Position numbers and translations under genes: made by a program. From Chiloscyllium plagiosum (Eukaryota), in the NCBI RefSeq assembly GCF_004010195.1, contig NC_057710.1, positions 58,734,870-58,798,869 on the forward strand: DNA of 64,000 nucleotides, read 5' to 3'. The stretch's first letter is position 1. Every line of letters starts with the position of its first letter. The notes below the pieces were generated by a model that was not told the DNA's origin, made no database searches, and was given only the letters and a program-made list of their open reading frames with translations. Of the stretch, positions 52,294 through 64,000 are shown piece by piece.

Positions 52294-52415
52294 CGCAAGG
52301 TTTGTGAAGGTTTGTAGCTCAGCTTGAGGTTTAGAGTGTAGGTTTGCTCGCTGAGCTGTAGGTTTGATATCCACGGATAACAAACCTACAGCTCAGCAAG
52401 CAAACCTACACCCTA
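52294..52415. mobile_element. Fold-back PLE micro-insertion (family of the 4.7k element)
   Basis: 44-bp arms 52329-52372 and 52375-52418, three mismatches. 12-bp TSD aactgttccatt at 52282-52293 and 52416-52427. Confidence 0.85.
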
Positions 52416-54479
52416 AACTGTTCCATTATTACCAATTATCGAATATGACCAACTATTGGCTTCTCTTTAGACGTGGATGAAAGTACAATGCCAAATATGT
52501 ACCTTTTCATTTAGCATGAGAGTAGTTGGCAACTCAATTTAATGCCTTATCCAAAAAGGTGAATCAACAAGAATAGAGGGAATTACAGAAAAAGGAGTGA
52601 GGAAACAGAAGACAAAAGATGAAGAAGCAGAAGATTGTTACCCACAGAAAATAAATACTGATTAACTGTGTTCATTGTCACAGTAAACCAGCCAGGCTTA
52701 CTTTAACACCCATGTAAAAATGGACTTCCACATTAATAGCAGGAACCAGTCTTTATCTTAAGTATTATGCAACATCTGCAAACCACAGTAGTAGAACTCA
52801 TTAAGCTGTTTGGGATTGCACCTTTTAAGTTGACCTAGTTAGTAGCTCAGTTCACCCATTTTCAATTTCCTCAGTTGGCTATTGCAAAAATGTAATGATC
52901 GCTTCAAAACACAGCCATACCTTATACCAGGTAAAATGCCAACTACTGGATCACAGAAACAAATAAGGAACCAAACTCAAAGTTTTCTAGAGTGAAATGA
53001 AGTGCAAATACCAGCTAAGTATCAATTTCGGGGAATTTCATGGAGCTTTCCCTCTCTGGCAAGTTACCGTATGCAATTCTCCATTGCTCATCTCATTATC
53101 TATGTATCACAACTCTACAGAGTGGTGCTTGTACTATCGTGCTGTTGCCAACGGTGGAAGAACTCATGACTGCAGTTTCTTTCTGCGATTCCCACTGCAG
53201 CTGTGTCAAGCCCCGTCAGTCAGGAGCTGTCCTTCACAGTGCAATGTAAGAAGAATTTTCTCACAGATGTCTAACAGAGGCATGTCAGCAACCTGCACCA
53301 TCAACCCAAAGTTCTGGTGGATCGGGGAGATGGAGAGGAGGGCTATCATTCCTTAAGATGGTCAAGGACTTTATTTCAAGTGCAATTAGAGATGACCAAC
53401 AAATACCACCTTTACTAGTGATGCCCACATCCCACAACAGAATTTGTTTCTAAAAGTTCATGGGGCATCTGTGCTCAAAGGTAGTTAATAGTCAAGGGAT
53501 TATGTACTAACGACAAGTCAGCAGCGATAGGAGATATGGGAAAAGGAAAACAAAACTGAAGGAACTTAAAAAGGAAAGGAACACCAACAAATACTGCTCT
53601 CTTTGTGACTGTGGAAATGTTTATGCTCCATTCCTTTTATCATGTCTGCTAAATTAACAGGAAACAGATTGAGATAATATTGGTATTCCTATCTTGGGCT
53701 TTATTTTGGGAATTATCTTACAATTTTTAAATTAATGGATTTGAGATATTTATGGTAATTATTCAGCAGCTATGTGTAACATTGCTGGGATATTTGAAAC
53801 TTTATATTCTCATCTCTTATAGCTGCTGCCCTGTCATTCATTCATGATCTTGTTACCGTTTTCTTTTGCTGCTTCACCAAGCAAGGTTTTACTTTTTTCT
53901 TGTGTGAGTTGCACTTCCATTTAAAAAAATGTCACTGAACTAAAAAGCTGAATGAAATTCAATTGAGACCAGTGATGTAGCTGAGTGGAAAGTGTGCGGA
54001 TAACATTGTGAAAAGCTCTTTCATGTCTTTTATGATTAAAAGAGCATTGGTGGAAAATGTTGATCACAAAGTAAGTACCTGAAGAAATATTGAAACAGAT
54101 GCCCTTATTGGCAACACAGTTGATGTGCAGAAAATGCTTGACATTAATGAAGAATTTACAATAATGTCTGGAGGAACTGTGAAGGAACTTCCTATTGATC
54201 CCAATCCTGATGTAGGTATCCAAAATATTATAACTTCCTAGAATCTTTAAGTTTACTCTATTGTTGATGATGTGAAATTTTACTTTCTGCTAGAGATCCA
54301 GATAAATTATTGTCTGCAAAGGAGTAGCCTCAAGTTAAAAAGACAATGGAAGTCATCCCACTACCTATAGAAAAAGCAATTCTTACCCGAAGAATAGTAG
54401 GGAAATCATTGTTTCTTCAACTTCAGAAGACTCTTTAAATAGTCTTTGTTTCATCAATTCCCAGATGACTACACATTTT

Positions 54480-55325
54480 GTGTATAGTTATGGGCATCAC
54501 ACAAGAGGAATGATTTGAATGCACTGGAGGGATTGCAGGAGAGGTTTACGAGTATGGTTCCAGGGATGAGACTCTTCAATTATGAGGAAAGAATTAACAA
54601 GTTGGGACTTGTTTTTTTTTGGAGAGGAGAAAGCAAGGGGTAATTTAATGGATGGGGTTTAGACAGAGTAGATGAGGACAAACTGTTCATATTCTTAAAA
54701 GTATCTAGAATGAGAGGGTACAGTTTTAAAATGTTTTGCAAAAGAAATAAATGTGAGGTGAGATGAATCATTGTTTGCACAGCATGTAGTTAGGAACTGT
54801 AATATACTGCCTAGACACTTGGTGGAAGTAAGCTCAAAATGAGGTATTCAAGAGGGCACTAGATTAGATTAGATTACTTACAGTGTGGAAACAGGCCCTT
54901 TGGCCCAACAAGTCCACACCGCCCCGCCGAAGCGCAACCCACCCATACCCCTACATTTACCCCTTACCTAACACTACGGGCAATTTAGCATGGCCAATTC
55001 ACCTGACCTGCACATCTTTGGACTGTGGGAGGAAACCGGAGCACCCGGAGGAAACCCACGCAGACATGGGGAGAACGTGCAAACTCCACACAGTCAGTCG
55101 CCTGAGGCGGGAATTGAACCTGGGTCTCTGGCGCTGTGAGGCAGCAGTGCTAACCACTGTGCCACCGTGCCACCCACTAGATGATTATTTAAACTGAAAC
55201 ACTATAAATGGATATGGGGAAAAGGCAGGAAATTTTTCGCCAAGTTAAAAATGCTCAACAAACTGGGGCAGACATGTTGGGCCAAATGGCTTCCTTTGGC
55301 AATGTAACAATTCTGTGACTCTGTG
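54480..55325 (+). mobile_element. Decayed CR1 3' region, interrupted by a SINE
   Basis: gcactggagggattgcaggagaggtttac (ALE.VQRRF-like) through the 3' UTR. Confidence 0.75.
54865..55174 (-). mobile_element. Young HE1-type V-SINE
   Basis: Intact A and B boxes, CpGs retained, (aatct)n tail; TSD cactagat at 54857-54864 and 55175-55182. Confidence 0.93.
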
Positions 55326-56249
55326 AGCAGCTGTGAAATTGTTCTAAAGTTCTGAAAATGCTTTAGCCCTTCCCTGGTGTTCAAAGGAGAAGGAAGACAA
55401 GCAGAAGGAAAGAATGAGAATTTCATTTTGATTTCTTCCTCATTACAAGTTTCTGATAGTTCAGGTACCGAAGATTTGCCTTTTTATATTAGTCATTTTT
55501 GGTCAGTTTTCATTGCCTTTGCCATTAAGTTATTGTCAGTCTCACAGTCCAGGTACCAGCTGTTGTGAGAAACTGGCATTCCAATCTGCCGAGTGTTTGT
55601 ATTCTAAGGAGGAAATAATGGAGTCCATACACCCTTCATTTCCTCAAGATGAGCCAAGAACACTGTTAGAGATTGGCACCTTTGGCAAAAGAGACTTCTC
55701 TTTTGCACTAGCATGGTTTCAAGTCCTCATCTGCCAAATGCATCCAGAGCCAGTTTGTAAGGCTGTGTAAAGGGGCAAATGCAAGTAAATATGGCATGAC
55801 ATGTTAAACTCCCTTACGTGACATTATGGTCCGACTATTAATCTGGCAGCAGGGATATGATTTTGAGGGGGAAATAAACTTGTTGAATCTGCATCCTGCT
55901 CCAAATTACATGCCAAAACACTGCAAATGGACAAATGTTATCTTCATATTTTTGTTTCAAACAATCAAAAATCTATGAGATATTTATTTTTACCACTGCC
56001 CAATCTTTTTGATTATATACGCAAATTTCACTTAAACAGTCACAACAGAAAATGAGAATGGATTACATGTTCAAAGATAATATGCAATCATTAGCAATAT
56101 AGGAGTAGCGTGCATACTTTTAACAGAAAATATAGAGTATACAATGGTCTGCCCAAATCATTTGTAAGCCATCTTCTATTGTCAAATGTCATAGAAAAGT
56201 TCTGACACATATGGAGTAGGTTTGGCTATACAAAATCAAAATCACCATA

Positions 56250-56690
56250 AGTCATGGGAGTAGAATTAGGCCATTCAGCTCATCACATTTACTCCAATAT
56301 TCAATCAGATCATGGCTGATTAGATCATTCTCAATACCTCTTTCCTGCCTTTTTCCTTTAAATCTCAATTTCTTTTATTGATTAAAAATGTCATTAATTC
56401 AGCCTTGAACATTAATTGTCATTAATTCAGTCCAACCTCTACAGTCCTCTGCAGTAAATAATTTGTCCGATTCACTACTCAGAGAAGAAACTCTGTATCA
56501 AATCATCTCTGTATTAAAGAGTGACTCCCTACTCTGAGTACTCTGCCCTCTGGTCCCAGACTCTCCTACAAAGAGAAGCAGCCTCTCAGCATCTGCCTTG
56601 ACAAGTCCCTTAAGAATCTCATATTTTTCAATAATTCATTGTTCCAAACTCCAGTGACTACAGGCCCAAATCTGTCCACAACTTTCTCCT
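56250..56690 (-). mobile_element. Decayed CR1 3' fragment
   Basis: ggagtagaattaggccattcagc 3' UTR; ccctctggtcccagactctcc. Confidence 0.7.
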
Positions 56691-56729
56691 TCATCCCTCA
56701 GTATATCATTAACTTTTTGTTTTATTGCA

Positions 56730-57610
56730 TTAATAAACTATCACCAAGCCACTTTACAAAGGCTCAAAAAACCACAACTTCAAGTTATGAAAGGTGATAA
56801 TAGATCAGATGGACAACAATTTGATCAAAGAGGAGGCTTTTAAGGGGGGGGTCTTAAAGCGGAAAGTGAGGCAGAGTGGTGGAGAGACATAGAAAATATA
56901 TTCTGGAGCCTGTGGGACTAGGCAACAAAAGATGCAACCACCTATGCAACTAAAATCCACCTGTGCACAAAAGACAGGAATTAGAGGAGATCGGGTATCT
57001 CAGAGGTTTATCAAACAGAGGAAGAGAAGAAGGGATTTGAAAACAAGGAGGAGAATTTTAAAATCAAGACATTGTTTGACTGTGATCTAATGTAGGTCAG
57101 TAGGGAGAAGGTCTTGGTGCAGGTTTAGACATGTACAGCAGAGTTTTGGATTTTTACAATTTACAGAAGGGTAAACTGTGAGACATCAGCCAGGAGTGCA
57201 TTAGACTAGTGAAATCTATAGGAAACAAAGCAATTGATGAAGTTTCACCTGCAAATGAGATCCTACAGGGGTGAAGCAAACCAATTATACAGAAGTGGAA
57301 ATAGATAGTCTCAGCAATAATGAATTTATGAAATCAGAAGCTCATTTTATGGTCAACTGTGAAACCAAGGGTGTGAACAGACTGGCTTAATTTCAGACTA
57401 TTTCCAGAATCAGGAATGGTATCAGTAACTAAGGAATAGAGGTTAGAGTGGGGGCCAAAAGCAATGGCTTCACTCTCCTCAATATTTATTTGAAGGAAAT
57501 TTCTGCTCATCCAGTATTAGATAAGCAATCTGATAGTTTACCAGCAGTGGAAAAGTTGAGAGAAGTAATAATGAGCAAGAGATGAGTGTCATCAAAATGT
57601 GCGTGAAGAC
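56730..57610 (-). mobile_element. Old L2-clade LINE 3' part
   Basis: Minus strand 'LHAHFDDTHL' (YADDTQL-like); L2-type 3' region. Confidence 0.6.
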
Positions 57611-57614
57611 TAAT

Positions 57615-60600
57615 AAAAACGTAAGAATAGCAGCAGGAGTAGGCCATCTGGCCCATTGAGCCTGCTCCACCATTCAATGAGGTCATGGCAGATCTTTTTG
57701 TGGATTCAGCTCCACTTACCCAACCACTCACCATAACCCTAATTCCTTTACAATTCAAAAATCTATTATTGCCTTAAAAACATTCAAAAAGGCAGCCTAA
57801 ACTGCTTCATTGGGTAAGGAATTTCACAGATTCGCAGCCCTTTCGGTGAAGAATTTCCTCCTCAACTTAATCTTGAATCTGCTCCCTTTTACTTCAAGGC
57901 TATGCCCCCGAGTTCTAGTTTCACCCTCCAGTGGAAACAACCTCCCTGCTACTATCTTATCTATCCTCTTCATAATTTTATATGTTCCTATAAGATCTCC
58001 CCTCATTCTTCTAGATTCCAATAAGTATAGTACCAGTCTACTCAATCTCTCCTCATAAGCTCACCCTCTCAATTCCAGAATAAACCTAGTGAAAGTCCTC
58101 TGCACTCCCTCCAGTGCCAGTTCATTGTTTCTCAAGTTAAGGAGATCAAAACTGTACATAGTACTAAGGCGTTGCCTCATCAGCATCCTGTAGGGTTGCA
58201 GCATAACTGCCTTTTCTTTCAAATCCACCACCCTAGCAATGAATGACAATATTCCATTTGCCTTCTTAATTACCTGCTGCACCTGCAAACCACCCTTTTG
58301 TGATTCATGCACAAGAATACCTAAGTCCCTCTGCAGAGTAGCATGCTGCTATTTTTGCACTACTTAAATAATACTCCATTTTGGTATTATTCTTATCAAA
58401 ATGGATGACCTCACATTCACCAACATTGTGCCCCATCTGCCAACTTTCTTAACCTATCTATATCCCTCTGCAGACTTTCAGTGTCGTCTGCACACTTTGC
58501 CCTACCTCCCATCCATTGACTCCACTCACACCTCTTATTGCTGTGGAAAGGCAACCAGTATCAAAGACCCCTCCCACCCCAGTTATAATCTCTTACAATC
58601 TCTTCCGTCAGGCAGAAGATGCAAAAGCTTAAACATGTATCAACATGTTCAAGAACATGTTGTCCACCATTATTTGACTATTGAATGGTCCTCTCAAATT
58701 TCAAATCTAATGTTAATCTCACTTTTGTACACATTTTGTGCAGGTGTAACTTTGTATGCCTCAATCTGTTCAATCACCCTATTATCTGTATGTCCTTATA
58801 TATTATGAGATGTCTCTACTGCATAGAAGACAAAACTTTTCATTGTATTTAGGTACATGTGACAATAATAAATCAAATCAAATCATTTGTGTCACCTGCG
58901 AACTTTAACACACTACACTTGGTCCCCAACACTAAATCATCTATGTAAATTGTAAACAATTACAGTCCCTGAAGCACACCACTAGCCAGTGATCACCAAC
59001 CAGAAAAACACACATTTATCCCCACTCTTTGCTTTCTGTTAGTTAATCTACCTTCTATCCATGCTAATATATTACCTGTTAATATTGCGCACCTTTATCT
59101 GATGCAGCAGCCTTTTGTGCGGCACCTTGTCAAATACATTCTGGAAACCCAGAGACACCATACCCGCCAATTCCCCATTGTCCACAGTGCACAATGTCCT
59201 CAAAGAATTCCAGTAAGTACGTTAAACATGACTTGCCTTTCACGAACCCATGCTGCGTCTGCTAATGGAACAATTTCTCTCCAGATGCATCATTTTTTTC
59301 TTCCTTGATTCAAGCATTTTCCTCATTACAGAAGCTAAGTTAACAGGTCTAGAGTTACTTTCTATTTTCCCTGCCATCTCTTTTAGTAGCCTAGGATGCA
59401 TTCCATCGTGTCCAGGAGAGATGTTTACCCTTAGCCCCATTAGCTTGTCCATACTACCTCTTTAATGATAACAATCATTTCTAGGTCCTCATCAGTCAAA
59501 GCCTCCTTGTCATCAATTATTGGTATGTTATTTGTGTCTTCCACTGTGAAAATTGACAAAATATCTGTTCAATGCCTTGGCCATTTCCCATTATTAAATC
59601 CCCCTTCTAAAGGACCAATGTTTACCTTAGTCACTTTTTCTCATTTTATAGCTTCGTAGAAACTGTTGCTACCTGTTTTTATATTCTAAGCTAGGTTTAC
59701 CCTCATAATCCATCTTACATTTCTTTATAGCTTTTTTTTCCCGGCTTTCTGTTGTCCTTTAAAGATTTCTCAATCCCCTAGTTTCCCACTAATCTTTGCC
59801 ACTTTGTATGCATTTCCTTTCAATTGATAAACTCCTTTATTTCCTTAGTTATCCATGGCTGATTATCCCTTTTCCTACAGTCCTTCCTTTTCATTGGTAT
59901 ATACTTTTGCTGAGCCCCGTGAAAAATGACTTTGAAAGTCCTCCACTGTTCCTTAATTATCCCACAATGTAATCTTTGCTCTCTGTCTTCTTAGTCAACC
60001 CGTCCTTCATCCCATTGTAATCTCATTTGTTTAAGTACAAGATACTGGTATTAGATTTTACCTACTCATCCTCCATTGGTACTTTAATTTCAACCATACT
60101 GTGATTGCTCCTTCCGAAAGGATCCCTAACTAGGAGATCATTAATTATTCCTGTCTCATGGAGCTTGCTTCCTCATGGATTCCATTCCATACTGTTCGAA
60201 GAAACTATTGCAGATACATTCTGTGAACTCAAGGCTCTTGAACAGGTCCTGTCTTCCCCAGAAATGATCCTAATTATTCAAAAACGTAAAGCCCTCCTTC
60301 CTATACCACTCCTCCAGCCAGGTATTAAACTGCCTAATCTGCCAATTCCTTGCCTCTAGCACATGGCACAGGCAGTAATCCAGAGATTATTAAGTTTGAG
60401 CTTCCAATCTGACTCCTAACTTCCTAAATTCAGCCTTCAGGACCTCATACCTCTTCTATGTCGTTGGTACCAATGCATACTACGACCACTAGCTGATTTC
60501 CCCCCCACCCCCCAACAACAAATGCAACCGCTCAGTAACCTGCATGACCCTTGCAATAGTGAGGCACCACACCATCCTGTTGCCACTAGAGCAACTGTAG

Positions 60601-60960
60601 AAGCACCTCTCTACTCCCCTAACGATCAAGTTTCCTATCACTACAATCCTAATTGCTTTTTCCTCCACCCTCTCTGCCACTAAGTGACCTGCGGTACTGT
60701 AGGTTTTGCTTTAGCTGCAATTCCCTGAGGCATCACCACTATCTCCAGAATTTAGTACACAGTACTGATTGGCTATTGGGATGGTCTTAGGGGACTCCTG
60801 CCCCACCAGCCTCACCTTATGCTTGCATGCAGCGGTGTGGGGTGACCACTGCCTTCTATGCACTATCCACATAACTCTCATTCTCCCAGATGCCCCTCCA
60901 GACCTCGCTGAAACTCCATAACCTAACACTCTAGTCGGTGGTACTGAAGGCACCTCCCTC
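57615..60960 (-). mobile_element. Long degenerate CR1 LINE including an ORF1 esterase remnant
   Basis: RGDLIGTYKIM, PGHDGMHPRLLKE and RPVNLASV; ORF1 'VVIGNLIVRG...RMVWCL..ARV' (SGNH esterase-like) and 'QESPKTIPIANQY'. Confidence 0.9.
58500..58884 (+). mobile_element. Rex1/Babar LINE 3' end inserted in CR1
   Basis: IKDPSHPSYNLLQSLPSGRRCKS translation; aataaa and (aaatc)n tail. Confidence 0.8.
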
Positions 60961-61015
60961 ACGTGCATTGCTCATCGATGCAATCAACTTCTAAGAATAC
61001 TTTAATTTCAGATGA

Positions 61016-61401
61016 TGTCACTAGGGAACTGACTGCAGAAGAGAAATGAGAGCGAACCAAGGACAGTTCCTTGGAAGATATCAGACATAATGGTACAGAA
61101 GCAAGAAGAGAAGCCATTGGATGTATATAGATTAAAATGGAACCAGGTGAGAGCAGACACATTCAACTGGATGACTGAAATAATTTCAGAGGCCATCGCC
61201 AAGTTACCCTTTATTTACATTTGAAGAGTCCTTGACACTGATCTAGCTCCCTCAGAGCCAGCTCTCAGAATGAACAGGATGTCTGATACTCCTGTTCTTA
61301 TCTGTCAGCCAGGGCTCCTCGACTGGACCAAATTAACAACCCCAATCAGGGAACTCATATTCTATGAGATCCACCTGGCTGACCTCATTACAATCACTAC
61401 A
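61016..61401 (-). mobile_element. Solo LTR
   Basis: TG...CA termini; 4-bp TSD ATGA at 61012-61015 and 61402-61405; minus-strand AATAAA near 61209-61214. Confidence 0.65.
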
Positions 61402-62771
61402 ATGACCACTGAACACATTGGAGGGGGATGCTATGGTCAATGGTATCATAAGCTGAAAACAAATCAAGAAAATCAAATCACGTTGTCACAATCGGATATC
61501 ATTTGTAACCTTGATTGCAGTTTTTTCAATAAAATGGTAAAGAGGGAAATCTGATTAGAGAGATTCAAGCATATAGTTTCAAGAAAGATAGCAGTGCGTT
61601 TTGAAGACAGCAGCATGCAGAAACACTTCAGGAGGGGTAGGGAGATTGGAGATGGGACAATAACTCAAGGACAGTTTCTCAGGTAGTGAAATCTGGGACT
61701 CGCTTTTTCATAGATCTAGGGAAATTGAGTCAATTGACATTTTCAAGGTTGAGATCATCAGATTTATGTTAAGTAATGACAAGAGATTGTGGTACAAAGG
61801 CAGATGATTGGAGTTGAGGTGCAAATCAGCCACATTGTAAGTAAATGGCTGAAGAGGGTTGAAATGCTGATTGGTTTAGTTGCGTTTCGCTGATTTTTAG
61901 TTTAATATTTTGCCTGTAATTATTCACCACTAATGTAACTTCTCAATTTGCAGCAGCTTCCATAGCAACCTGGAATTATATTATGTTCTTTCACCGTGAG
62001 TTGCAGTAGACTGGAACATTCTGCAAAAGATACTTTAATGCCTTTGTGGCCTTAATAAAAATGTTTATGATTAACACTAGAGTAAATAAATGGCAATCCA
62101 GAAGTCAGCAAAACAAACTCTACTTAATGTCTAATTCATATCTCTTTCAAATTAAAACAAAAGTAACCAGTCTCCTCGAGACTGAAAGTAGCTGCTATAT
62201 TTGGTTTTTTACAACTTTCTTTAACTGCATGTGGCTACTTTAAATCTTAATCCATTTTAACTGCTTCAAAGACCGTTTGCTGCGCTGTATTCAACAATCA
62301 CTTCTGGCAACCAATCACTTAAAATGAATATAACATGCCCAATATCATCAATAGCATGTTTATCATTTTCAGACAGTTGTCTGCCCCATCTAATAACCAA
62401 ATTATACTCCTTTGAGAGAAAAGGATTCCTAATAAGTTTCCTTTTGGAAGGTTGACTAATTGTAGAACCTGTTTACAGTCAAATTATACATATAAACATA
62501 TAACATTAAATAATACCCTCTGCATTGCAACGGGAAAGGAATGTTTGCTAAACAGCAGCCACCAAGACAGTCGGAAAAGCATGTTATAAAGAACAGAAGT
62601 CCGAAAAGTACCCACCATAACCATATCTGTGCTGATGATAAACAGAATGCGCTAGTCACCGCATTAATTCAATCGAGCTGTCATAGAGCACAATGAGAAC
62701 AATCTACTTTTCCAGCTTTTACTTGTCAGGAACAAAAGACCAATATTCATACATGTTCTCATTTGATGGTG

Positions 62772-62785
62772 GTTTCCATGGCAAC
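62772..62785. promoter_or_regulatory. RFX X-box motif
   Basis: GTTTCCATGGCAAC fits the GTTNCCATGGNAAC consensus; a second, related site GCTTCCATAGCAAC lies at 61956-61969. Confidence 0.5.
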
Positions 62786-64000
62786 CTGGAGCTACATTAT
62801 GCCCTAAGCTGAATTTTAAAACCTGTTGAGCCTCTTGCAGATTTACAGCGACAAGTTGCTTTTACAAAGTCACTAATATTACGTAAACAGTAAATGGCAA
62901 CAAATGGCCATAACTGAGTTGGATAATTAGCAGCTAAAATGTCTCACAAGTGAGGTGATAAGATATGACTCTTACCTGCAAAAAGCTACTGAAAACATAG
63001 TTTATTTCCCAGAGTGTATGATACTGTAATTTCTAAAAAGTCATTTTCTTTGCCTTTTGGCTGCAGCTAAAGAAACTGCAGACAATTCATTTGAATATGT
63101 TTGTGACAACTCAAATTTCCAATCCCAAAACTCTTTATACTGACATTCCACCCAGTGTATAATTCCAAAATTTGCCATTTCACAGTCTAAAGCTACTAAG
63201 ACTTCAGAATTGTAGAAGTGACACAATAGTCACAAGAAGAAAAAAATTTCTTCCAAGCAGAAACTTGGAAGAATAAACAAGTGAATTCAACAATGAGACT
63301 GAAACAGAGAGACAGGCAGGTAAAAGACTAACTGTTGCAAAATAGCTTAAATTCAAGGATTACCACAGGGCAAAGTGGATATCAGCTTTGTTTGAAATAT
63401 TGGGTGTAGTCAGAAAGTGGGGCAATGTCAATATGTATCACAGGCTACAGAACTAAACAAAAATTCTGTGCAGGAGTATTATATTCCCACTGTACAACAT
63501 TGGAAAGGGAATATGCTCTTAGAAAACACACAGTGCCAAACAACAGTTAACATGCTTCCCATGAAGAATTGAAACAGATATAAAAGTACTCCCTGGGTCC
63601 CATCAACATGTAACTTTATGTGTTGGCAGTTATATAGAGAGATACGTAGTGGGAGAGACAAGTGAAATAATAGCCAGGAGAGGAAGGGATGTGATGCAGC
63701 AAGAGAAACTGGGTAAAGGAAGCATAAATGTCCCATCATTTTATAACATTTTAATTAGATTAGCTCTACTCTTTAAGATTCCTGTGGGATTTCATAAGGC
63801 AGTCTACAAATAGTTAGATATGGAAATATGTACAAAACGTAATCTAAGCATTCTTTATTAAATACTACAAAGATAGTAAATAAACAGACTTTTGAATATT
63901 TTAGTTGACAGCCTTCACAATTCTGAAGAGGAGTTTCAAACTTTCATCAAATTGTAGCATAATTCCAGTATATTGTTGTTGCTTCAAATTTCAAGCACTT

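Overview
Vertebrate, repeat-rich intronic DNA. The repeat complement (HE1-type V-SINEs, HER1/CR1 LINEs, several Penelope families) points to a shark. The only host gene I can support is a PDZD2-family gene on the minus strand, with three spliced coding exons (28696-28237, 13018-12876, 6469-6337) whose phases join correctly. Its first coding exon lies beyond 64000 and its later exons probably lie left of position 1. The rest is nested mobile DNA: CR1, L2 and Rex1/Babar LINEs, tRNA-derived SINEs, two solo LTRs with 4-bp TSDs, a decayed Harbinger Myb/SANT gene, and many Penelope-like elements (PLEs). The most striking signal is about 18 minimal hammerhead-ribozyme motifs (CTGANGA-stem II-GAAA-NNTH) carried by at least four PLE families. 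They include TSD-flanked, ~220-bp near-perfect palindromic mini-insertions carrying one hammerhead on each strand, whose fold-back or truncation points keep falling at the ribozyme boundary. Also seen: several locally templated insertions, a CR1 + A-tract + 44-bp minisatellite chimera, a 31-bp PLE micro-insertion in a branch-point region, and a pair of RFX X-box motifs. Repeat boundaries are by-eye estimates unless a TSD is quoted; no searches were run.
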